NCBI GenBank assembly: GCA_002269645.1
Contig: NIVC01002667.1
Location: 1 to 64,000, forward strand
Origin: Macrostomum lignano
Lineage: Eukaryota
Direction of reading: 5' to 3'
Length of the DNA stretch: 64,000 nucleotides
Translations under genes and position numbers: made by a program
Notes under the pieces: model-generated
Database searches by the model: none
What the model was told of the DNA's origin: nothing
Seen by the model: the letters and a program-made list of their open reading frames with translations, nothing else
Part shown: piece by piece, positions 1 to 15,100 of the stretch
How the letters are laid out: each line of letters begins with the position of its first letter
How positions within the stretch are numbered: position 1 is the first letter of the stretch

Positions 1-2216
1 GTCCCTTTACTGATTACTAAGAGGAGCTGCTATTCCTGACAACTCAAATTACTGCAGCTAAAAAATAAATAAGCTCGCTACCACTCGAACGACTAACCGA
101 TGCAAACGAACTCTGCGACAAATTGCTGCTTTCGCTAGCTGCCTCAATTGAAGCCATCGCAGTCGACTTTGTCTTTTGCAGATTCAGCCGCTTCTTTGTC
201 TGCAACTTTAATGCCACCGGATTCGCTAGAAACGACTGGCGCAGTGACGGCTGCATAGAATTGTTAACTTTCGCAGTTTGACTCAGCAAAATCAGTGGCC
301 TCTTTGAAGTTGGACTGGTTGGAATTAGCGGCCTCTTTGAAGTTGGACTGGTTGGAATTTGCGGCACTTTTAACTTTAGGCTTGGCTAAGTTTGCAGCTT
401 TAGACAGAGGCACAGATGATTTTAATTTCAAACCAGTCTTGCCAGGGCTGGCAGCAGCCACAGCTTTGGAAGAGGACTCAGTGGTAGTGCTTACAGAGCT
501 CGCAGCATCATCAAAGGCTGGCAGCTTATGGCAATTGATTTTGATGCTGAAGGAGCCAGACCAACGCGCCTAGCTTGCAGACAGCGAAAGCCTGCAGAAA
601 AAAAGAAAATATAAACACTAAAAAATTATTCACAATACCAGCTCTCATTTTTATAAGTCAGGACAATTGAAAGAAATCATTAAACTGAAACAAAATTGAG
701 CAACAGAAAGAACTTTAAACTTAAAACTGAAACTCAAGTTAGATTGAAAAAAACAAAACAATTTCAAGTCACCAATAATAAAATAATGTTGATGTCATAA
801 TGATTTAAAAATGCAGTCACTTACGGTTTAACATTATAGAATTTTCTAAAAAAGCAGGTAAGAAGCTTAGTCAAAAAGAATTATTAATACAATAATATAA
901 TATATAAACTTGTCTTTAATTTATTATTTATATAAATACATAACTATTCTATTAACTTAAAATAAGTTAGATTAGGCACAATCCTTAAAAATTGTGCATT
1001 ATTTTTTGTTTAAAAACAACAATTTTAGAAATAAAAATTGATATTAAGAGTTAATATCTTACAAACAAAAACATACATAATATAGAGTTTATTATATAAA
1101 AGTAGATAGAACTTTATAATAGTAGACTAATAAAATAAATAATATATTTTGTATATAGCCATTGGATTTTTATGCAAGTAGATAGGTAGATATGCAAGTA
1201 ATCACATAAGGGCTTTTCCCTTGTTTGATTTTTGTAAGAACTTCTACATAAAATTAACCAAATATCTTAATATAATAGTATGTATAATGATACATATACC
1301 TACCAAATTAAATAGATATTTTTTTAAATGTATGTAGAGGATAGAGCATATTTTAGGAATCTATAAAAAATAGAATATCAATGCAACAACGTAAAAAAAC
1401 AAAATAAAATAGCCCAATCTTCTTCTTAGAAAATGAGTATGCTAATTTTAAGAGTATGTAATTAGTTTTGGCGCTATAACTACTTTATTCTAGCTCATTA
1501 ATTATCTTGCTTAAAATTTCCCTTAAAAAACAGTAGGCCTAACTGATTACCTTATCATACACACTTCTTAATGCCTCAATAAATGTAGCATATCACTGTT
1601 AGTGTTATCATTTCAAATGAAGCGTAGTAACAGCATTTAGTTTAACTTTGTATTTGACTCTGATATTTAAGTGATAGAGATATTAGATAAGACTGGAAAA
1701 AGACCAATATTTTGTTACATGGACTAAATAAGAATATACTCTTAGTTAATTACCTTAAAATAGTCGAGATCAGTTGTAAAATTCTTAACAAGTACTAAAC
1801 AGTAACTTCAGCGAACAATTAATTTTCAATGAAAAAGAGAGTGTGATGCAAAATCGAGGAATCCTCAGAGTCCTTTAAGTTCAGAGTTATAGTATTGAGC
1901 TCGTCGCATGAGGGGTTGCTTTTTAAAAATCACTCCTATATTACAGGTTGATGTGCATTAAGATATATTTATTTATATTTGAGCATAACAAAACACTTTT
2001 TTGACGCTTAGTAAAATACTTTTAACGAAAAAGTACTTTCATGTGAAAAATGTGTCTTGATTTGTTAATCTAAACACCGTTAACTTTTGTACGGTGTTTA
2101 GATTTAGAAATTTACATTTAACGCTTGCTTTAGTTTTTTTACTGACGGTTGGAAAAATAGAATTATTAATTTTCTCAAACTTCTTCAGTACGAGTATGAT
2201 TCTGGGTATGTGATTC

Positions 2217-3276
2217 CAAGGACTTCTAGACTAACAGGACGTAAAACTCAAAGATCGTGCAATTTTTTGGAGGCCACGATTTCCTAGAAAAAATACACTG
2301 CGAAGATAGGAAAAAATCAGTTTTTCGTCACAAAATCTATGACTGTATTTGATCTGGGGCAGTGAAGACTACCATTCTTTTAATTTAACATGCACAATAT
2401 GTTACTCTATTATATTTTCATATAGCTGTGTAGTGAAGTTTTCATTTTCATATTGTTTTCACTTTATTTCATAAGCCCAAAGTTGCAAACTCACAAGTGG
2501 CATTAGCCAAACTTTTTGTGTTGTTCTTTTTAAAATAAAGTATAAAAACATTGCATGTAGGTACTCTTAGTCTTAAGCTATTATTGTAGGTTTAGTAACT
2601 ATACTAATTCCTAGGCCTACTAGAACTAGACCTATCACTACACTATCTAGCCTAATAAGTAATTAAATTTAGACAATGACTTAGAGATTAGTATATTTAG
2701 ATTTTTTTATTATATATAGATTACCAATAAATAGTTTCATATGGTTGGTTACCTAGGCTTGAGAAAGCTGTATTATCAGTTTTTAAGCCAAGCCTATAAT
2801 GGCTATATTTAGGACTAAGATTTAAGAAGAATAGACTTAATCACAAAAATAGACCCTAACCATTTTTACTAGGTATCTATAAGAAAAAACATTGATTAGT
2901 CCTTTTATAACTTTTATTTTAAAGGCTAAAAATATTATTATATTACAAATTTGAATAGCTTTTCTTTTCTTGAATTTGATATTTGGCTAATGCCACTTGT
3001 GAGTTTGCAACTTTGGGCTTATGAAATAAAGTGAAAACAACATGAAAATGAAAACTTCACTACACAGCTATATGAAAATATAATAGAGTAACATATTGTG
3101 CATGTTAAATTAAAAGAATGGTAGTCTTCACTGCCCCAGATCAAATACAATCACAGATTTTGTGACGAAAAACTGATTTTTTCCTATCTTCGCAGTGTAT
3201 TTTTTCCAGGAAATCGTGGCCTCCAAAAAATTGCACGATCTTTGAGTTTTACGTCCTGTTAGTCTAGAAGTCCTTG
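2217..3276. mobile_element. Non-autonomous foldback DNA transposon (MITE) with 295-bp TIRs; P-like (CAAGG termini), hAT not excluded
   Basis: 2217-2511 is the reverse complement of 2982-3276 with 4 mismatches. The identical 8-bp TSD TGTGATTC lies at 2209-2216 and 3277-3284. No ORF inside. Confidence 0.9.
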
Positions 3277-3833
3277 TGTGATTCCGTATGATTCCTCTGT
3301 GACAAAGAATCCCCCAATACAAAAATCCGGACCCGTTTCAGCTGTTCAATTCATTGATTGCCTCTCGGCTCTCGCATTTTAAAGTCCTTAGATTGGTCAT
3401 GGTATTACTTGTATGAAGCACATGAAGCAGCACCTGCATGCATGCTGGGGGTACGGGTGTCCTGTATACATTTTCTGTGTCCTATATGTGTCCTGTATAC
3501 ATTGTTCAGTATACCTAATAAAAACCTAACCTAGAAATCTATCTGTGTGCTGTTTAAAAAATACGAGTATACTTCTTTTATATCGTTAACATGCAATTGC
3601 TACGCGCTTACGTGCTTGAAACATACACAACCATAAGAAGACGTATATAGGAGTATTAATATAGGTAGCAGTCAAAATTGATTGCAGTATGCAGTGGGAA
3701 ACTGTTCAGATATTGATTTGGAGTTGTCAAAAATGAAGCGGGATTTTTGGGTACACACAAACCATTTGAGTGTAAGTTTTGGAGCAACTCTGTGTCAAAA
3801 TAAAATCGGCCGGACTTTGCAGTCAACCTTGTA

Positions 3834-7664
<3,831 letters not shown>

Positions 7665-8483
7665 GTCAACCTTGTATAGTCAGCAGGCTTTTTTGGCCTA
7701 CGTGTGTCGTGTAAGAATGGAGAAAAATTATTTTTAGCAATACTTGTAGTTCCTAACAAGGACCACTGATAATAGCTATATACAGTGGTCCTTGCATGGT
7801 TCCCAAAAGCAAGGTCAGAATAAGCTGATTTTGCACAGATTACTTGCATTGAACACCGTTGTTAGGGCTTTCGTTTTGGATTACTTTACTGTTTATTTAT
7901 ATAGCTGTCTGCTTTTAACTGGCTAATGTTTTTGTTCTCGCTAGTCAGATGGCTTTGAGTGCTATAGCACGCGATTTTCAGCCGATTTGGGGAAGTCGCG
8001 ACCACTCGCGAACCCGCGGTGGCAGGAGCGGTGTCCGAACAGATTTCAAAGTGGGGCCTATTGGTTGGAGGGCACATTGCACATGATTTTGTTTTAATCT
8101 AAGGGCACACAAACTGCTGCTGTTATGTCAGTTTGTGACATTGCGACAACCGTGTAGGCAAATATTCAATTCTGTGTTGAAAGTGGCCAAAAGTCTGAAA
8201 ATGTTCGAATTTTCAACTAATTCAAACATTGCGCAACTGCACTGTACCATCAATTTATTAGTAAATATCTCAAATGAATAAAAATTGCCAGGGCAAGACC
8301 AGTAATTTTCTGGATCTCTAGGCTGCCTCCATCAGTTCCTCTCTCTTTTATTATTTTAGCTGACGGCATTTTAATGCATTTGGTTAATTTGCAGCGCCAG
8401 CAGCGGTTTATGTCCTGGGATTGCGGCGGACTTGGAATTTCGATCAGATCGAAATGCCAAAGTAAAAGGGCTGAATATTAAAA

Positions 8484-8540
8484 CAGGGCTTGGCAAACTC
8501 CGGCCTGAGGGCTAAATGTGGCCCGCAAAGCCTCTCTATC
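8484..8540 (+). mobile_element. Possible orphan hAT (Charlie-like) terminal sequence
   Basis: CAGGGCTTGGCAAACTCCGGCCTGAGGGCTAAATGTGGCCCGC resembles typical hAT/Charlie ends. No partner end was found. Confidence 0.35.
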
Positions 8541-9170
8541 TGGCCCTTGGCTTCTATGAATCTTCACAATAGCAATCCGGCCTGCTCGATGTTTGCATCT
8601 CTTCTCATCTCTCTTCCCTCACCTCTCTTCTCAAAATTCTCTTCTCAATTTTCAAAATTAATTTTACTACTTTTTTAAGGTTAACTTTTTCGTCTTAATC
8701 CTTTAAGCAATTTGTTGGTTTTATTGTAACATATTAAATTACGCGATTTTTCAAAATTACATAGACCAATTTGGAAAAAAAATTGTCGAGTTCTCTTCTG
8801 TAGTAAGTAGTGTAGTATTGTTTTAGCTTTTTGTAGGTGAAGTATTTAAGTTTTTAAAGCTCGTTACAGTCGGCTGTAACCCAGATTCTTTTGTTCAGAT
8901 ATAATTAGACCAATGTAAAAATATGCTAGTTTACTTTAGGCCTAGCTTGCTAATGAGTATTAGTTATGCTGTGCAAATTAGAACATTAAATTAGTTTGAC
9001 CTGCAGTAATTGCGAATAAAACTAGTCTGGAAAATTAAATTGGTTGGGCTAATCTTTCTGTAGGTGTTTGCACTTTTGAAACAATTTTGTTACTTTGTTA
9101 TAGTATCAGTGTTCATCAAGAAGTAAATTTACTTTTCTTAAAGTAGGCCTAATTTTTCAGCTTTTTAAGC

Positions 9171-12100
9171 ATGGCACCTATGAATGAAATTTCTGGCTCC
9201 ATTATGGATATAGCACAAACTTTACAAAAAATTAATATGTATCCATACTTTGATATAGCAAATTATATTCTAATGTGTTGTATTGTAAAGGAAGACTCTC
9301 CACAGATAGGTATGTGGTCATAACTCATTGATTGAGTTTTATTTTATTTTTTAATGTGTTATTATTTATTTTAATGTTAAATTTCAATGTTGATAATAAT
9401 TTTATTATATATTATTTTTTAGGGTAACAGTCCACTTTAGTAACAGTCACTTCAGTAACAAATGAGAATAATATAATATGTATTAATTGATATGCTCCAA
9501 AAGGATGTGCAAAAAACTTTAAAGAAAGAACAACAAAGCACATACATACCTGCATGTGTTTAACTTGTTTAAAAGTGTTTTAACTGATCCATTTTTATTT
9601 CCGGATAAGTCAGATTATATGCACCTAAGTCTAAGACATCCTGTAATTGACCAAATTTTGTGTACTATATACATTAGAATCTAAGTCACAGCAAATAGTG
9701 ACTTAAAATTACAGAATCTACTTTTTTCTTCATTAATTATTTAATTTTTTTTTCAACTTTAATGTATGTATGAAAGCTCACTTTTCTACATTTTCTTTGC
9801 CTTTGAATTTTTCACAAAGTTAATGCGCAAGTTTAAACAAAGTAATATAGTTTAACTAGAAAGTTAAATGATATGTGCAATAAGATATTTGAAATGTTAA
9901 TTGTTAAACTAATTACCATAAAAATAAAGTGTTGACAATTGTAAATCCGCTTTGTCACTGAAGTAGCTATTACCAAAATGGATTGTATTCATTTTTAGCA
10001 TTATTTATTTTATGGTATTGACAACAATGTTAATGTTAATATTTTGATATATTATTATTTTATTTATTATATCAAAAGATTAGGCATATACTTATAGAAT
10101 TAATATAGCTATAAATAGAATTAGAGTACCTATAATAGAAGTATATATAGCAAACAGTAAAAACTATTATTTTTGTATTTTTAATTATGATATAATATTT
10201 ATTTATTATGTAATTATAGTATATACCAGGTTGTAGATAGTATACATGTATGCTAGAACTTTCTTGCATACAAAATGGCAATCCTAAGTCCTTGGCATAC
10301 ACAACTAGCATATACTACCCCTAGCGCACTTTGTTGGCATATACTATTGGCATACACAAGTAACACAACCATGCGTACTTTTTGGTATACAAATTTTGGT
10401 GAATAAATTCATGCCATGCATGAAAAATTATAATGTAAATTAACTTTTTTATATAAAGTAAAATAAAGTTTGTATAGTCTAGAAAGTCAGTGATAAACTT
10501 GTTGTTATGTTAAATTGTTGTATTAAATTTTGTTATGAGAAATAAAAAATGTGAAAAAACAATTAAGGTGATACAAAGAATTTTATTTATTCTTTCTAAA
10601 ATAAAAATACATTTATATATTTTTCCAAACATTTTTCAATATCTATTTTTTGCATGTCTCTTTTAAAAGCAAAAAGGCCTCTCAACTAAGGCTCATAAAG
10701 TGGAACCCAAGTAACCTATGTATACAAATAATGTCATTCTGCTTATAGTGATACTAAGAAGCTAGATTTTGCAAAAAGTTACAAAAATTGACCTGGGATA
10801 AAAGAGAAAAAGCAATGGGATAATAAAAGACTTCTATGTAAAACTTAGCTCATAAGGTGGAGTCCCTAATTGTCCCCTTGCTTGTTCTCTCAAATCCTAG
10901 GCCTAATTTTTTGTATTTTTTTGCCAAGTCTAGCTTCCTGGTATCACTATCAGCACAATGACATATAATTTGTGTACATTATTTTTTGAAAGAAAAACAA
11001 AGCTTATATTTAACTACTTTTTACTTTATTAACTTTTTATTGGCTTATTGGACCCCTACCTATGTTCTAGAAATAAAAAGCCAAGTTAATCCTTGGAATT
11101 TTAGTAAAATTTTTATTGAACTAGTATTTTCTAAAAAACCAATATTGCTTAATATCATTTCATCTATTTTCTTTCACTTAGCAATTGCGTTTGGTTTCAA
11201 AAAAGTAAAATTTCTCTCTTGCTAAGCATATATATTTGAAAAAATACCCATGCTTAGTAAAACCCCAATATGCAGGTTAGAGCACAGAATATACACAGAA
11301 TGCCAATTCGAGCATTTTTGTTTAAAAAATTGGTGCAAGAATTGAAATCACACCAGCCTACTCTTGTTGTGAAGCTTTGATAAGTAGGGCTTGAGTTTTT
11401 GCCATAAACTATTCTAAGAGCGACTTTTATTCTTTGCTTTCAAATGAAAACTAAGTTCAGTCTGAGCTTTTCTGCACAGCATGGCTGGAAAATCCACTGT
11501 CAACCACTTGTTGGGCTGTCTATCGCAGACCAACAGCAACTGCGAGAACAATAACAGCACCTTGCTGACCAAGTTTCAGGCCAAAGTAATAGCAAGTGCA
11601 AGTGCACCCAGTCTTGGTCCACAGAGTGATGGTCTGATTTCAGCAGACTCCATTGAGGAAGCTCAAGACCTGCCTGCTGGCACAGTCGGCAGCATTGAGA
11701 ATGAGAAGTGCGCCTACATTGGAGGCAGGCTGCTTTTCAAGCTATTCAAATCTGAGGGAAAATGCGAGGAGTGCCAGCAGTTGTTAAAAGGCGATGGCTC
11801 GGGAGAGATGCGCTTCCTGCAGCTCAAGAACGGACAGGGCGGGACTGGAAATCTGATCATTCCCAACAAGGCAGTCATATCTGCAGTCTGTCAGATGGAG
11901 TGCTCCTTCACGACAATGGACAAAGAGCTGTTCATTCTAAAGGATGTGAGCAAATGGCTTCAGGCAAAGTTCTTTCCCATTGTTCTTGCAAATATTCAGA
12001 TGCACAGCTTGGATCACGGCAAATGCTGTGCTAAGGCAATGGCCAAGTTGTTTGCCAGACTTTGCCTGCATCACTGGTGCAACAGTCAGAGGATGCTCAC

Positions 12101-15100
12101 TTAGCAGAGAAAGCGGGGGCGTACGACAGGAATAAAGAGAGCTGAAGAGAGGAAGAAGCTGATGCGATTAAATGCTGTTTAACTGTAGTTTAACTGTGAT
12201 GCAAATGAATTTTGCTTAACTGGAGTTCTTCAGAGTGTTTGGTTTGTTTAGATAATAAAATATGAAAAAATGATAAAATTTTACATTTGGTCCTCCAGGT
12301 AGGATCTCTGACTACCTGCAAGACTTTGCTAAATTATTCTTTGCTAATTTATACTACTGGCCATAGACTTCACAACAAGAGTAGTGCATACAAATTTTAA
12401 TTTGGCTTCATGGAAATTGCTTGATTTGGCATTCTGTGTATATTCTGTGGGTTAGAGTCTGACTAACCAAGATTAGATTTTTGTTTTCAAGTGAGATCAA
12501 GCAAGAATTTTATAAAAAAATTGAGATTGAGATTAAGTCAATTGAGAATTAGAGATCTAGCTGAAATTGTAAATTTGTATAAGAAGAATAGTACTTATGA
12601 TAAGATATATATAAAATTTAACCTATATTATAAGTAAGTAGATAATAATATAGAAGAAATGGTTCAAATGTGCCATCACAATAATATATATATGCAGCAA
12701 TATGCAAAAATAAGCCACTAACTCTGGCTGTGCCACTGTATGCCACTGTAAGATACATAAATAGGTTGAAGGTTGGTAATGGCCTACCAGGTAAGCCATA
12801 GTCAAGATCATGGCACGCCTGTGCTAGAACAAATCCTATCAAAATAGTTTGATTGTGCTATGTGCTAGAACTTTTTTGCAAAAAAACAACAAAAGTCTGT
12901 ATTTTCCCTTTAAAAAGACTGGTAAAACTTGTATTTGAATCTGTTTCATAGAAATACAATGTTAACATATTTTAACTGAAAAAGCTGTCAATATACCAGC
13001 AAACAAAAAAGTGCTAATTATGCATTAGACAATGTGTTATTTGTTTTTTTATTTGGGGCTTCACAATATTTTTTAACACTTTCTGTATTAAATTCAATCT
13101 TGCTCGACTGTTCTCACATTCCAAGCCCATTCTTGAAATTTCAAGAATTTTTCAAAATGACCCAAAAAGGCTAAGTCTCAAAATTTTTAGATCAAGATCA
13201 AGATCTTGGTCTGACTCTAATTCAGGTTTCAATGGTTTTTTACTTTGCTTTCTTATATTTAACAATAAAAATATAAACATTGTTCTTATAAAAATTATAT
13301 CAAGATAGAAAATACAGGTTTTTGTTAGATATTTATGCTGTTATACTTGTAGCTAAGGGTCATTTTATGGGATATAATTAGGCATTAAATAGTTCTTTCA
13401 GTGCAATAGCAATTATTTGCACATAGGCTAGTGCACTTTTGTTTGCAATTCATATGGAATTCTTATATATTTATAAGAATTAGGTTATCTACATTACTTG
13501 GTTACCTAGACTTTTAACCTTTAAAAAAATTTAAGATATCACTAAATTTAGCTCATTTGAAGTTTTTCAAAATTATATTATATATTCAAAATCATGAAAT
13601 CAATGACAAAAATCATGAGTACAAATCTGCTTTAGAAATATTTGAAAATTTTCAACACAATTCGACAACAAACGCAGTACAGTGAGAAGTATTTGTCATT
13701 AATTTAAACAAAAACCCAAAAAAAAATTGTAGGCAGCCAGTCTTTCTCGAGGCGACATCCATTTGCTTGCTGGCTGGCCAGTATGCTCATGTGCTTTGCT
13801 GGCCCAATCATTGCCAACTGCCTGCTTGGCGAATCAATTGTTGCTCCATTCAGGAATAACCGCGACATTTTGTTAGCCACGGCTGTCTGGTGAGGCAGCG
13901 GTTTTTATTGTGATTTGTGTCTCACGGGCGACTGGGATGAATCTGCAAACTGATAATTGAATTGCTTGCACTTCTATTTTACTGTTGTCAGGTACATTAT
14001 CAACTACATGCCATGGGACCTGGCATACAGAGCCAGCAAGTTTGTGCCAGTGCACACCGTCATCTGCCTGATGAAGGAGCTGCAACGAGCCAGGAAAATT
14101 TCTGACGGAGTCGCTTTCGCTTACAAGCTGAACCCAAGAGCCTACCTGGTTGTGCTTGCTATCGGCGTTGTCAAGGGTGAGGGCGAGTTATGGAAGTATG
14201 GAACTCTGTGTCTGACTGTCTCTGTGTCTGACTGTCTCTGTGTCTGACTGTCTCTGTGTCTGTCTGTCTCTGTGTCTGACTGTCTCTGTGTCTGACTGTC
14301 TCTGTGTCTGTCTGTCTCTGTGTCTGACTGTCTCTGTGTCTGACTGTCTCTGTGTCTGACTGTCTCTGTGTCTGACTGTCTCTGTGTCTGACTGTCTCTG
14401 TGTCTGACTGTCTCTGTGTCTGACTGTCTCTGTGTCTGACTGTCTCTGTGTCTGACTGTCTCTGTGTCTGACTGTCTCTGTGTCTGACTGTCTCTGTGTC
14501 TGACTGTCTCTGTGTCTGACTGTCTCTGTGTCTGTCTGTCTCTGTGTCTGACTGTCTCTGTGTCTGACTGTCTCTGTGTCTGACTGTCTCTGTGTCTGAC
14601 TGTCTCTGTGTCTGACTGTCTCTGTGTCTGACTGTCTCTGTGTCTGTCTGTCTCTGTGTCTGACTGTCTCTGTGTCTGACTGTCTCTGTGTCTGACTGTC
14701 TCTGTGTCTGACTGTCTCTGTGTCTGTCTGTCTCTGTGTCTGACTGTCTCTGTGTCTGACTGTCTCTGTGTCTGACTGTCTCTGTGTCTGTCTGTCTCTG
14801 TCTGTCTGTCTCTGTGTCTGACTGTCTCTGTGTCTGACTGTCTCTGTGTCTGTCTGTCTCTGTGTCTGTCTGTCTCTGTGTCTGACTGTCTCTGTGTCTG
14901 ACTGTCTCTGTGTCTGTCTGTCTCTGTGTCTGACTGTCTCTGTGTCTGTCTGTCTCTGTGTCTGTCTGTCTCTGTGTCTGACTGTCTCTGTGTCTGACTG
15001 TCTCTGTGTCTGTCTGTCTCTGTGTCTGACTGTCTCTGTGTCTGTCTGTCTCTGTGTCTGTCTGTCTCTGTGTCTGACTGTCTCTGTGTCTGACTGTCTC

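Larger units (their letters stand above)
11278..13219. mobile_element. Older hAT-like non-autonomous element (TAGAGTC termini) interrupted by the P-like element
   Basis: Left end TAGAG|TCTGAC..CAAGAT; the right end reverse complements to TAGAGTCAGACCAAGAT. Flanks ATGCAGGT (11270-11277) and ATTCAGGT (13220-13227) match at 7 of 8 positions. Decayed GAGATCGA-like subterminal repeats are present. Confidence 0.55.

Noticed and set aside
44-593. Minus-strand ORFs at 44-367 and 264-461 with a 36-bp internal duplication and an acceptor-like site at 592-593
   Set aside because: All three frames from that acceptor stop early and no recognisable domain is present. It could be part of a gene continuing outside the window, but this cannot be supported.
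7665-7849. N-terminal part of ORF 7343-7849 as part of the retrotransposon protein
   Set aside because: It lies beyond the TSD at 7665-7676, so it is flanking DNA read through by chance.
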